Source: an uncultured Clostridium sp. (GTDB taxonomy: Bacteria; Bacillota; Clostridia; TANB77; CAG-508). From it: DNA of 64,000 nucleotides. The translations under genes were made by a program, and so were the position numbers. Each line of letters begins with the position of its first letter. Position 1 is the first letter of the stretch. The DNA is taken from contig USDF01000001.1 in NCBI GenBank assembly GCA_900553405.1, positions 2,567 to 66,566 of the forward strand, written 5' to 3'. Of this stretch, positions 39,620-50,157 are shown piece after piece. Under the pieces are notes generated by a model that did no database searches, was not told the DNA's origin, and saw only the letters and a program-made list of their open reading frames with translations.

Positions 39620-42036
39620 TGGCTAAATTAAACAAAAAAATATTAAGAGATATAAAACAAAACAAAATGCAATTTTTTAATGTTTTTATTATGATATTTT
39701 TAGGAGTATTTGTTTTTGCAGGAGTACATTCATATATGGATGGTATGCAAATAAGTGGCGATAATTACTATGAATCAAACAATTTACAAGACTTATGGCT
39801 AACAGGTGAAAACTTTAATAAAGAAGATTTAGACAAAGTAAAAAATATCGAAAATGTTAAAAACGCAGAAAGATTATTAAGCATAAGAACAGACTTAGAA
39901 AATGAAAAAGAAAAAGACGTACAACTAGAAACAATCTTTATTGAATCAAATGAAATATCAAAAATGTACATTGCAGATGGAGAAGAATTTTCTAAAGAAA
40001 AAGATGGTGTATGGTTTGATAGCTATTTAGCAAAATATTTAGACCTAAAAGTTGGAGATGAAATTACTTTTAAATATAAAGACTACACAATGACAGAAAA
40101 AATAAGAGGTCTAGTAAACACACCAGACCATGTGTATTTTGTAAAAGATGAAACAGCAATTTTCCCAACACATAAGGATTATGGTTACATATATCTTTCT
40201 ATAAATGAATTTCCAAAACAATATATTTATGATGAGATAAAAAATAAAATTGTGGCAGAAAATACTATAATGGAAAACATGAAAGATAGCATAACAAATG
40301 AAACAATAGAAAAAATGATTCCAGACTTTAACATAGAAGACTATTATATATTTAATCAAGTAATTGTAGATGTAGATGATACAAGCAAAATAGAAGAAAC
40401 AAAAAGAAATATAGAAAATGATATTAAAGCTGCAATAGCAGTTACAGATAGAGAAGCAAGCGCATCTTGCGAAACATATAATTCAGAAATAGAAGAGGGA
40501 GCAACATATTCAGAAGTATTTACATTTTTATTCTTATTTATAGCAATATTATCTGTTGTAACAACAATGAACAGATTTGTAAAAAAACAAAGAACACAAA
40601 TAGGAACATTAAAAGCATTAGGATTTAAAAATAGCAAAATAATAAGACACTATGTAGGCTATGGATTTTATATAAGTATAGCAGCTTCAATACTTGCACT
40701 ATTAGTTGGAAACTTTGGATTAGGCAAATTCTTCATGAACATGGAAATGTCATATTTTGAAGTTCCAGTTTATAGTACAATATTATTACCTACAGTATAT
40801 ATACTTGCAGTATTTGTAGTAATAATAGTAACTATTGCAACATATTTCTCTTGCAGAAAAATCTTAAAAGAACCAGCAGTAGAAGCATTAAGAATAGAAA
40901 TACCAAAAGTAAAGAAAACAAATTTTGACTTAACAACAAAAGGAATATTCAAAAAAGCCTCAATTTCTACAAGATGGAATTTAAGAGATATAGGAAGAAA
41001 TAAAGGAAGAAGCATAATGGGTATAGTAGGAATAATAGGCTGTACAATGCTTTTAGTATGTGCATTTGGCTTACTAGACACAATGAATTCTTACTTAGAC
41101 TGGCAATTTGACAAAATAAATAATTTCGAATACAAACTAGGATTATCAAGTAATTATACTGATGAAGAGCTAGAAGATGCAAAAAACAAATACGGAAATG
41201 CTACAAGTCAAACTCTAGCAATAGAAGTAAAAAATGGAGATAAAAAAGAAACAAATACTTTAACAATAAATGACGCAAAAGATTATTTAAAATATACAGA
41301 CCATAACAAAAACTATATAGACTTAAAAGATGATGGAATATATATTACAGAAAAATTATCAGAAAAATACGACTTAAAAGTTGGAGACGAAATATCTTGG
41401 CATGCATTTGGAAACAATAATTGGTATACATGTAAAATAGTAGGAATAAATCGTGACCCACAAAATCAAAATTTAAATATGACTAGAAAATATTATGAGT
41501 CTTTAGGACTTGAATATAAAGCAGATTCGTTATATACTAATTATGACTTAAGTGACACAAAAACAATCGCAGGAGTAGAAACAATACAAAGCATTTCAAA
41601 CCTAAGAGAAGGTATAGAAAGCATGTTAGAAACTACAAAAACAATGGTTGTAATATTAATAGTAGTGTCAGTAATTTTAGCATATGTAATTATTTACAAT
41701 TTAGGAATACTATCATTTGCAGAAAAACAATATCAATTTGCAACATTAAAAGTATTAGGATTTAAAGATAAGCAAATAAAGAAAATATTTGTAAAACAAA
41801 ATATATGGCTTTCTATAGTAGGTATTCTAGCAGGATTACCACTAGGATATACAATGATAGACTATATATTTAAAGCAGCACTTGGAGAAAACTATGACTT
41901 TCCAGCAATGATAAGTGTACCTTCATATTTGTATGCAGCAATAGGAAGCTTTGTAGTAGCACTACTTGTAAATAAAACACTATCTAGAAAAGTTAAAACA
42001 ATTGATATGGTAAGTAGTTTAAAAGGAAACGAATAA
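39619..42036 (+). CDS. ABC transporter permease, FtsX/MacB-type with two 4-TM modules and large extracellular domains
   Basis: ~805 aa, duplicated FtsX architecture. The ORF-track start at 39613 overlaps the upstream stop, so ATG 39619 is also possible. Confidence 0.8.
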   Translation: MAKLNKKILRDIKQNKMQFFNVFIMIFLGVFVFAGVHSYMDGMQISGDNYYESNNLQDLWLTGENFNKEDLDKVKNIENVKNAERLLSIRTDLENEKEKDVQLETIFIESNEISKMYIADGEEFSKEKDGVWFDSYLAKYLDLKVGDEITFKYKDYTMTEKIRGLVNTPDHVYFVKDETAIFPTHKDYGYIYLSINEFPKQYIYDEIKNKIVAENTIMENMKDSITNETIEKMIPDFNIEDYYIFNQVIVDVDDTSKIEETKRNIENDIKAAIAVTDREASASCETYNSEIEEGATYSEVFTFLFLFIAILSVVTTMNRFVKKQRTQIGTLKALGFKNSKIIRHYVGYGFYISIAASILALLVGNFGLGKFFMNMEMSYFEVPVYSTILLPTVYILAVFVVIIVTIATYFSCRKILKEPAVEALRIEIPKVKKTNFDLTTKGIFKKASISTRWNLRDIGRNKGRSIMGIVGIIGCTMLLVCAFGLLDTMNSYLDWQFDKINNFEYKLGLSSNYTDEELEDAKNKYGNATSQTLAIEVKNGDKKETNTLTINDAKDYLKYTDHNKNYIDLKDDGIYITEKLSEKYDLKVGDEISWHAFGNNNWYTCKIVGINRDPQNQNLNMTRKYYESLGLEYKADSLYTNYDLSDTKTIAGVETIQSISNLREGIESMLETTKTMVVILIVVSVILAYVIIYNLGILSFAEKQYQFATLKVLGFKDKQIKKIFVKQNIWLSIVGILAGLPLGYTMIDYIFKAALGENYDFPAMISVPSYLYAAIGSFVVALLVNKTLSRKVKTIDMVSSLKGNE

Positions 42037-42043
42037 CGTGGCA

Positions 42044-42060
42044 AAAGGGACGCCCTTTTT
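42044..42060 (+). terminator. rho-independent terminator
   Basis: aaagggacgccctttttt. Confidence 0.7.
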
Positions 42061-42148
42061 TACCACAAAAATTACTAAAAGAGACGTCCTTTTGATGACA
42101 AAAAAATTGATACGAGTTATAATGCTTTAAAAAGAGGAAAAAGAAAAA

Positions 42149-43954
42149 ATGGGAAATATAGTTTTATTAGATGATCTAACAATTAACAAAATAGCTGCAG
42201 GTGAAGTTATAGAAAGACCTGCAAACGTAGTAAAGGAACTTGTAGAGAACTCACTAGATGCAGGGGCAACACATATAATAGTAGAAATAAAAAATGGTGG
42301 TAAAACTTTAATAAAAGTAACCGACAATGGAAAAGGCATATCTAAAGATGATATGCCTATTTCCATTGAAAGACATGCAACTAGCAAAATAAGAAAAGTA
42401 GAAGATTTAGAAAACACATATACAATGGGATTTAGAGGTGAAGCATTAGCAAGTATTTCTGCAATATCAGAAATGACAATGATATCTAAAACTCTAGAGG
42501 AAACAACAGGATATAAAATTCAAACAACAGCAGGAAATGTAATAGATATAGAAGAATGCGGAGCACAAACTGGTACAACTATAATAGTAGAAAAATTATT
42601 TTTTAATACACCTGTAAGATATAAATTTTTAAAACAAGATGCTACTGAAAATAAATATATAAAAGAATGGGTTCATAAAGTAGCACTTGCAAATCCACAA
42701 GTGTCTTTCAAATTAGTAAGTGATGGAAAACAAATATTTTTTTCTAATGGAAATGGAAAAATAGAAGATATTATTTATTTATTATATGGAAAAGAAATAA
42801 AAGAAAATTTGGTAAAAGTAGACTACGAAGAAAATAATATAAAAATCACTGGAGTAGTAGGAAACACAATGGTAGCAAGAGATACAAGAAAGGACCAAAT
42901 AATATTTTTGAATAAAAGGCATATACAAAATGTAGCTTTAATGAGCAGTGCAGACCAAGCTTTTAAAGGTGCTACAGGAATTGGAAAATATGGATTTTAT
43001 ATATTAAATTTAGAAATGTCAGCAAATTATTATGATGTAAATGTGCATCCTACAAAGATAGAAGTAAGATTTAATGAAGAACATGAAATAACTAGAATTT
43101 TGTATCATGCAATAAAAAATTCAATATTAAATTCAGAGTTTTTAGGGAATAATCAAAATGAAAATAAAGAGAAATATATTGAAAATGAGTTTGAATTTTT
43201 GACAACAAATAAAATAGAAAGCAATGGAGAATTCAATATAACTAGTAAAATTGATTTGCCTAAAACAGATGTGACATCTTTAAAAATAGAAGAAAATACA
43301 GAAAAAAACATAGAAAACAGCGATTTACCAAAAATAGAAAATCAAAATATTGAACTTAGAAAAAGAGAAGAAAAGAGAAAAGTAGAATATAAGTATATAG
43401 GAATTTTGTTTAGAACATACATAATAGTAGAAATAGCAGATGAAATATACTTAATAGATCAACATGCAGCACATGAAAGAGTTTTATATGAACAAATAAA
43501 AGAAAATTATAAGAATCATATAGAACAAAATAGTCAATTAACATTAATACCAGAAGTAGTAAACTTGACACATAAAGAAATGGAATTCGTAAAAGAAAAT
43601 ATGAAACTATTTAGAGATATAGGGTTTGACATAGAAGAATTTGGAGAAAATACATTAAAGATAAATGGAATACCAGATTTAGAATATAGAGCAAAAACAA
43701 ACAATATATTTTTAGATATATTAGATGAAATGTTAAGTAATGAAAGAACATCTGTAAAAGACGTAGAAGAAAGATTTATAGCAACAGTAGCATGTAAGGC
43801 AGCAGTAAAGGCAAATATGGATTTAAAAGAAAAAGAGGTAGATGATTTAATACAAAGTTTACTATCATTAAATAATCCATACACATGTCCACACGGAAGA
43901 CCAACGACAATAAAAATTTCTAAAGAATATCTTGAAGAGCATTTAGGAAAATAG
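42149..43954 (+). CDS. mutL: DNA mismatch repair protein MutL
   Basis: GHKL ATPase N-terminus (AAGEVIERPANVVKELVENSLDAGAT), C-terminal dimerisation domain. No mutS in this window. Confidence 0.9.
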   Translation: MGNIVLLDDLTINKIAAGEVIERPANVVKELVENSLDAGATHIIVEIKNGGKTLIKVTDNGKGISKDDMPISIERHATSKIRKVEDLENTYTMGFRGEALASISAISEMTMISKTLEETTGYKIQTTAGNVIDIEECGAQTGTTIIVEKLFFNTPVRYKFLKQDATENKYIKEWVHKVALANPQVSFKLVSDGKQIFFSNGNGKIEDIIYLLYGKEIKENLVKVDYEENNIKITGVVGNTMVARDTRKDQIIFLNKRHIQNVALMSSADQAFKGATGIGKYGFYILNLEMSANYYDVNVHPTKIEVRFNEEHEITRILYHAIKNSILNSEFLGNNQNENKEKYIENEFEFLTTNKIESNGEFNITSKIDLPKTDVTSLKIEENTEKNIENSDLPKIENQNIELRKREEKRKVEYKYIGILFRTYIIVEIADEIYLIDQHAAHERVLYEQIKENYKNHIEQNSQLTLIPEVVNLTHKEMEFVKENMKLFRDIGFDIEEFGENTLKINGIPDLEYRAKTNNIFLDILDEMLSNERTSVKDVEERFIATVACKAAVKANMDLKEKEVDDLIQSLLSLNNPYTCPHGRPTTIKISKEYLEEHLGK

Positions 43955-44027
43955 ATTATAAATGCAAGATAACTTATTTAATAAAGATTAAGGACTATTC
44001 AAGAGAATAGTCCTATAGAGATTTTCT

Positions 44028-44234
44028 TTAAAATTTTAGTTTCATAAGTTTTTCAATTATAAAACATATTATAAAAACTAATAAAACAGTTCCTAAAGAA
44101 ATTGATATGTTCCAAATATGGATACCGAATATAGCTGCTAATACGCCAAATAGGATAAAACCTATACCAAGTGATATAAAACTATTAAGTAGTACTAAAA
44201 TCTTACCTATATCATTTTTGGTCATGTTGCTCAT
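44028..44234 (-). CDS. small 2-TM membrane protein
   Basis: 68 aa hydrophobic ORF. Confidence 0.4.
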   Translation of the reverse strand: MSNMTKNDIGKILVLLNSFISLGIGFILFGVLAAIFGIHIWNISISLGTVLLVFIICFIIEKLMKLKF

Positions 44235-44412
44235 ATCTTTTGCCTCTCTTTCATAATGTTGAATTTTATGCTTAAGCGATTATAACACATTTGACATAAA
44301 AAGTAAATATCAAGAATTGTTTTTCCATAGAAGAAAATAAAAGATATATATATTAGAAAAATAAATTATAAAAATTAGAGCCTAAAATATAGGCTCTAAA
44401 TAATTAAAAATA

Positions 44413-44592
44413 TTAAGGCATTTTCTTATTAAAGATTTTTCTTTTCCTCTTTTCAAAATCTTTAGTACAACTAATTCTACTACCATCTATTAACATTATA
44501 TGGTTAGGTTCATACCGAAGAGGGCAGTTTTTTTCTTTGCAAAATGCACATTCAATATTATCTTTTATTACTGAAAATAAATTTTTTTTCAT
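44413..44592 (-). CDS. small Cys-containing protein (59 aa, CxxC...C)
   Basis: Internal Met with RBS gaaaggtgg. The longer ORF-track version lacks an RBS. Confidence 0.4.
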   Translation of the reverse strand: MKKNLFSVIKDNIECAFCKEKNCPLRYEPNHIMLIDGSRISCTKDFEKRKRKIFNKKMP

Positions 44593-44723
44593 ATTACTAT
44601 ACCACCTTTCAAAAATTATTGATAAGATTAAATAAAACACATTAGTTGCAATCAATATAATAACATGAAAGATATAAAAAAACAAGAAAAAGATATTAAA
44701 TAATAAAATAAGGAGGAGAAAAC

Positions 44724-45500
44724 ATGGATTTAGTTATAGGACTTGCAATTCCATTTTTAGGAACAACATTGGGATCAGCAATGGTATTCCTGATGAAAAA
44801 CAAAATAGACAATAAAATAGAAAAACTTTTATTAGGATTTGCTTCAGGAGTAATGATAGCAGCATCAATTTGGTCATTGCTAATACCTGCAATAGAAATG
44901 TCAGAGTCACAAGGAAAAATAGCATGGGTGCCAGCTGCAATAGGATTTTTACTGGGAATAACATTTTTACTTGTGCTAGATAGCTTAATTCCACACTTAC
45001 ACTTAAAGAGTGACAAACCAGAAGGAATAAAAAGTAAACTAAAAAAGACAACAATGATGGTATTTGCAGTAACTCTTCATAATATTCCAGAAGGAATGGC
45101 AGTAGGGGTAACATTTGCTGGAGCACTTACACAAAATGCAGGAATAACAATGGCAGGGGCATTTGCATTAGCAATAGGTATAGCAATTCAAAACTTCCCA
45201 GAAGGCGCAATTATTTCAATGCCGTTAAAAAGTGAAGGAATGTCAAAAAGTAAAGCATTTTTATATGGAACATTATCCGGAATAGTAGAGCCAATAGGAG
45301 CAATAATTACAATATTATTAACGAGTGCTGTAGTACCAATCCTTCCATATTTGCTAGCTTTTGCAGCAGGAGCTATGATATATGTTGTAGTAGAAGAACT
45401 TATACCAGAGTCACAAGCAGGGGAACACTCAAACATAGGAACAATAGGAGTAGCAATAGGTTTTGTAGTTATGATGATTTTAGACGTTGCATTAGGGTAA
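44724..45500 (+). CDS. ZIP family metal (zinc) transporter ZupT-like
   Basis: 8 TM; HNIPEGMAVG and NFPEGA motifs. Confidence 0.85.
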   Translation: MDLVIGLAIPFLGTTLGSAMVFLMKNKIDNKIEKLLLGFASGVMIAASIWSLLIPAIEMSESQGKIAWVPAAIGFLLGITFLLVLDSLIPHLHLKSDKPEGIKSKLKKTTMMVFAVTLHNIPEGMAVGVTFAGALTQNAGITMAGAFALAIGIAIQNFPEGAIISMPLKSEGMSKSKAFLYGTLSGIVEPIGAIITILLTSAVVPILPYLLAFAAGAMIYVVVEELIPESQAGEHSNIGTIGVAIGFVVMMILDVALG

Positions 45501-45641
45501 AATTAATAAGCAATCTTTGGATTGCTTTTAATTTGTTTTAAGCAAAAATCAGTCAAAAAAAATATGAAATTTAGATAAAAAAATTGATAATTGAAAACAA
45601 GTATGATAGTATATAAAAAACTAAAGAATTGGAAGTGTAAA

Positions 45642-47045
45642 ATGAACCAGAAAAAACAATTATTAATAAATACAATAATAATAGCAATAGGAAAGTTAAG
45701 TACACAAGTAATTTCATTCCTATTATTACCATTATATACATCAAAATTAAGTCCAGAAGAATATGGAACATATGACTTTTTTGTAACACTATCTGTATTT
45801 TTATTACCAATAATAACATTACTTATGGAAGAATCTATGTTTAGATTCTTAATTGATGCAGAAGATGAAAAATCTAAAAAAAGAGTTATAACAGCAACCA
45901 TAGCATATACCATATTTGGAAGTGTATTATTCACAATAATTGTAGCTTTAATAATGAGTTTTATGCATTATGAATATACATTAGTATTTATAATGTTTAT
46001 GATATCAAACATATTGATAGGGCTAAGTAATGCTTTATCAAGAGGCATGGGCAGAATAAAGTTATATTCATTATCAAACTTTATTTTAGGTGTATCAACA
46101 ATTATATTAAATATAATATTTATAGTAAACTTTAAACTTGGTGTAAATGGTCTTTTATGGTCAAATGTAATAGCAAATTCAGTTACTGCAATATTCATAT
46201 TAGCAAAACTTCATCTAATGAGATATGTAAGTAAAGAGGACCTTAGCAGAAAAACGCTATCAAAAATGATTAGATATTCAGTTCCATTGGTACCCAATAA
46301 TTTATCTTGGGTCATAATAAGTTTATCAGATAGACTTATGCTAACTCAGATGGCTGGAACTGCACAAAATGGTATATATTCAATTGCTAATAAATTTCCT
46401 AATATAGTATATACATGTTATGGATTTTTCTCTACAGCATGGAAAGAATCAGCTGCTAAGATTTTAAAAGAAGATAACAAAGAAAAATATTACAATAGCA
46501 TATATAAAGATGTAAAAAACTTTTTAAAGGCAATAGTAATAGGATTAATTGCAATAATGCCATTTGCATTTCCTATATTAGTAGATTCTAGTTACAATGA
46601 AGCATATATATATATTCCTATTTTGGTAATTTCAATATATTATACAAATATGTCAAATTTCTTTGGGGGAATTTTTGGAGCATATAAAGATACAAAGATA
46701 ATGGGAAGTACAACAATTGTAGCAGCAATTATAAATATAGTAATAAATTTTATATTTATACCTAAGTTTGGAATATATGCAGCTGTATTTTCAACATTAA
46801 TCTCTAATATAATTATATATTGGTATAGAAGGCAAAAATTGAAAATGTATATAAATTTAAAAGGAAAATTCAATTATATATTTTGGATATTGCTAGCATT
46901 AACATTATTTACGTATTATAAAAACAATATGATAATTAATATATTAATGTTTGTATTAGTATTAGCATATTGCATATTTACTAATAAGAATTTTATAGGT
47001 CGAATTTTAAGACCAATAGTAAATAGATTTAAGAAGAATAATTAA
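45642..47045 (+). CDS. polysaccharide biosynthesis/oligosaccharide flippase family protein (MOP superfamily, Wzx/SpoVB-like)
   Basis: ~467 aa, 12-14 TM, N-terminal pattern typical of PST-family transporters. Confidence 0.7.
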   Translation: MNQKKQLLINTIIIAIGKLSTQVISFLLLPLYTSKLSPEEYGTYDFFVTLSVFLLPIITLLMEESMFRFLIDAEDEKSKKRVITATIAYTIFGSVLFTIIVALIMSFMHYEYTLVFIMFMISNILIGLSNALSRGMGRIKLYSLSNFILGVSTIILNIIFIVNFKLGVNGLLWSNVIANSVTAIFILAKLHLMRYVSKEDLSRKTLSKMIRYSVPLVPNNLSWVIISLSDRLMLTQMAGTAQNGIYSIANKFPNIVYTCYGFFSTAWKESAAKILKEDNKEKYYNSIYKDVKNFLKAIVIGLIAIMPFAFPILVDSSYNEAYIYIPILVISIYYTNMSNFFGGIFGAYKDTKIMGSTTIVAAIINIVINFIFIPKFGIYAAVFSTLISNIIIYWYRRQKLKMYINLKGKFNYIFWILLALTLFTYYKNNMIINILMFVLVLAYCIFTNKNFIGRILRPIVNRFKKNN

Positions 47046-47217
47046 AACTTACATTTAGGTGTAAGTTTTTTTCTAGCTGTTTTTACTCCATTCCTAAAAA
47101 CAGCTGAATTAATCAAAAATAATTGGACAAAATATACAAAAAATGCAATGTTAGCCTTGACAAACAATTTAAAAAATATTATAATGTTAACCAAGACTAA
47201 CAAAAAGGAGAAATATT

Positions 47218-47667
47218 ATGATATCAAAGTCTTTAGAGGAATATCTAAAAACAATATACATATTAAAAAAACAGAATGAAAATGTACGTGTTACAGATAT
47301 TGCTAATAAAATGAATTGCACCAAGCCAAGTGTAAATAAAGCAATAAAAAATTTGAAAGAAAATGAAATGGTAAATTATCAATCATATGGTACTATAGAA
47401 CTTACTGAAAAAGGAGAAGAACTAGCTAAAAAAATATTAGAAGCTTATGATATAGTTTATTTATTTTTGAAAGACGTTTTAAATTTAGAAGATGGACAAG
47501 CACAAGAAGAAGCAGAAAACATCAAATCTGTAATATCAGATGATACAACAAATAAACTTGCAAAATATATTCATAAAGTTTTAGGTTTAACAAATCTAGA
47601 TTGTGACTATGATATAAATAAAGAAAAGTGCAGATGCTGCGCAAGAAGAAAGATAGAAAGGAAATAG
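47218..47667 (+). CDS. DtxR/MntR family metal-dependent transcriptional regulator
   Basis: N-terminal HTH (EEYLKTIYIL...VRVTDIANKMNCTKPSVNKAIKNL). C-terminal Cys cluster. Confidence 0.75.
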   Translation: MISKSLEEYLKTIYILKKQNENVRVTDIANKMNCTKPSVNKAIKNLKENEMVNYQSYGTIELTEKGEELAKKILEAYDIVYLFLKDVLNLEDGQAQEEAENIKSVISDDTTNKLAKYIHKVLGLTNLDCDYDINKEKCRCCARRKIERK

Positions 47668-47670
47668 AAA

Positions 47671-48408
47671 ATGAGTAACGAATTATTAGAAATAAAAGAT
47701 TTACATGTAAATGCAGGAGAAAAAGAAATTTTAAAAGGAATAGATTTAAATATAAGAAAAGGAGAAATACATGTAATAATGGGACCAAATGGTTCTGGAA
47801 AAACTACAACTGCAAATGCAATATTAAATAATCCAGAATACACAAAAACAAATGGAACAATTAATTTTGAAGGAGAAGATATAACAAATTTAAAAACAGA
47901 CGAAATAGCAAGAAAAGGTATTTTTATGTCTTTCCAATTACCAGAAGAGATACCAGGAGTTTCTGTTACAAACTTTTTGAAATATGCTAAAAATAAAATT
48001 ACTGGACAACCTGTAAAAATATTTCAATTCAAAGATGAACTTGCAAAATATATGGAAGAACTAAATATGAATCCAAAGAATATGGAAAGAAGCTTAAATG
48101 TAGGTTTCTCTGGCGGAGAAAAAAAGAAAAACGAAATATTACAAATGCTTGTATTAAATCCAACGCTTGCAATTTTAGATGAAACAGATTCAGGACTAGA
48201 TGTAGATGCAATAAAGACTGTTTCAAAAGGAATAGAAATGTTTAAAAATGAGAATAATGCAGTTTTAATTATTACTCATAATACTAAAATTTTACACAGC
48301 TTAAAAGTTGATTATGTACATGTTTTAGTAAATGGAAAAATTGTAAAAACAGGTGGACAAGAATTGGCGTCAGAAATTGAAGAGAACGGATACCAAATGT
48401 ACAAATAA
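47671..48408 (+). CDS. sufC: Fe-S cluster assembly ATPase SufC
   Basis: Walker A GPNGSGKTT, SufC-type signature, 245 aa. Confidence 0.9.
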   Translation: MSNELLEIKDLHVNAGEKEILKGIDLNIRKGEIHVIMGPNGSGKTTTANAILNNPEYTKTNGTINFEGEDITNLKTDEIARKGIFMSFQLPEEIPGVSVTNFLKYAKNKITGQPVKIFQFKDELAKYMEELNMNPKNMERSLNVGFSGGEKKKNEILQMLVLNPTLAILDETDSGLDVDAIKTVSKGIEMFKNENNAVLIITHNTKILHSLKVDYVHVLVNGKIVKTGGQELASEIEENGYQMYK

Positions 48409-48453
48409 AAAGTAGCTGTATATTATACAGCTACTAGCCAGTGAGGACTTTAA

Positions 48454-48624
48454 TTACACAGCTTCAAGTAGAAACATGCAAACAGGAAATATAACACAAA
48501 ATACCCCAACAGATATAATGATGTCCCATATATTAATGGGACATCCTGCCCAAAGTATACCAAATACCAAAAGTGATATACCAATGGAAATTAACAGAAA
48601 TAAAAAGAAAAATTTTTTCTTCAT
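48454..48624 (-). CDS. 56-aa hydrophobic small protein (not in ORF track)
   Basis: Strong RBS (ataggaggac-N6-ATG). The sequence contains a perfect 24-bp palindrome ATGTCCCATATATTAATGGGACAT. Confidence 0.35.
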   Translation of the reverse strand: MKKKFFFLFLLISIGISLLVFGILWAGCPINIWDIIISVGVFCVIFPVCMFLLEAV

Positions 48625-48714
48625 ATAAATGTCCTCCTATAAATTTAAAATTTAATTACAAAATTTATTATAACATAAGTAATATGAAAACACAAGTAAT
48701 GAAAGGAAAAAAAC

Positions 48715-50115
48715 ATGGCAAAGACTCAAGTTGAAGAGATAAATAGAAATATTTATGATATAAAAAATAAAGACGAATATGACTTTAAAATAAAAAAAGG
48801 TTTAACACCAGAAATTATAGAAGAAATATCAAAACAAAAAAATGATCCAGACTGGATGAGAGAATTTAGACTAAAAGCATTAGAAGTATATAACAAATTA
48901 GAAATGCCAACATGGGGACCAGATATTTCAGAATTAAATATGGATGAAATTGCAACATATGTACGTCCAAAAACAAAATTAAATAGTTCATGGGAAGATG
49001 TACCAGAAGATATAAAAAATACTTTTGATAAATTAGGAATTCCAGAAGCAGAAAAGACATCTTTAGCAGGCGTTGGAGCTCAATATGATTCAGAGGTAGT
49101 TTACCATAGCATGAAAGAAGACCTTATAAAACAAGGTGTAATTTATACAGATATGGAAACAGCAGTAAGAGAATATCCGGATTTAGTAAAAGAACATTTT
49201 ATGAAATGTGTACCAGTTACAGACCACAAATTTGTAGCACTTCATGGAGCAGTATGGTCAGGAGGGTCTTTTGTATATGTTCCAAAGGGAGTAAAAGTAG
49301 ACATACCACTTCAATCATATTTTAGACTAAACTCACCAGAATCAGGACAATTCGAACACACTTTAATAATAGTAGATGAAGGAGCAAGTCTACACTTTAT
49401 AGAAGGATGTAGCGCACCAAAATACAACAAGGTAAATCTACATGCTGGATGTGTTGAGTTATATGTAAAAGATAATGCTTATTTAAGATATTCTACAATA
49501 GAAAACTGGTCAAAAAATATGCTTAACTTAAATACAAAAAAAGCAATTGTAGGAAAAAATGCACAAGTAGACTGGGTAACAGGTTCATTTGGTTCAAAAA
49601 TATCAATGCTTTATCCAATGAGTATATTAAATGGAGAAAACGCTAAAACAGAATACACAGGAATTTCATTTGCAGGAGGCGGACAAAACCTAGACAATGG
49701 ATTTAAAGTAGTTCACAACGCGCCAAATACATCAAGTGTAGTAAATGCAAAATCAATATCAAAAAATGGTGGAAAGTGCACATATAGGAGTTTAGTAAGA
49801 ATAAACGAAAACGCAGTAAACTCTAAATCTTCTGTATCGTGTGAATCACTTATGTTAGATGATATATCAATATCAGACACAATACCAGTAAATGATATAA
49901 GAACAGATGAAGTAGAATTTTCACACGAAGCAAAAATAGGAAAAATAAGTGATAAAACAATATTCTACCTAATGAGTAGAGGATTATCAGAAGAAGACGC
50001 AAAAGCAATGATAGTAAGAGGATTTGCATATCCAATATCAAAAGAATTACCAGTTGAATATGCAGTAGAAATGAACAATTTAATTAACTTAGAATTAGAA
50101 GGAGCAATTGGATAA
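48715..50115 (+). CDS. sufB: Fe-S cluster assembly protein SufB
   Basis: 466 aa, canonical SufB C-terminal beta-helix region. Confidence 0.9.
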   Translation: MAKTQVEEINRNIYDIKNKDEYDFKIKKGLTPEIIEEISKQKNDPDWMREFRLKALEVYNKLEMPTWGPDISELNMDEIATYVRPKTKLNSSWEDVPEDIKNTFDKLGIPEAEKTSLAGVGAQYDSEVVYHSMKEDLIKQGVIYTDMETAVREYPDLVKEHFMKCVPVTDHKFVALHGAVWSGGSFVYVPKGVKVDIPLQSYFRLNSPESGQFEHTLIIVDEGASLHFIEGCSAPKYNKVNLHAGCVELYVKDNAYLRYSTIENWSKNMLNLNTKKAIVGKNAQVDWVTGSFGSKISMLYPMSILNGENAKTEYTGISFAGGGQNLDNGFKVVHNAPNTSSVVNAKSISKNGGKCTYRSLVRINENAVNSKSSVSCESLMLDDISISDTIPVNDIRTDEVEFSHEAKIGKISDKTIFYLMSRGLSEEDAKAMIVRGFAYPISKELPVEYAVEMNNLINLELEGAIG

Positions 50116-50157
50116 CGGACATTTGGGGACGGGTCACTTTTGTCCTTTACATAAAAA
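50116..50157 (+). repeat. copy D of dispersed 3'-intergenic hairpin repeat (closest to consensus)
   Basis: cggacatttggggacgggtcacttttgtcctttacataaaaa, directly after the sufB stop. Confidence 0.7.

Noticed and set aside
44734-45126. 130-aa and neighbouring minus-strand ORFs opposite the ZIP transporter and flippase genes (also 45503-45934, 45571-45819)
   Set aside because: Antisense shadow ORFs with Leu/Phe-rich translations; no RBS.
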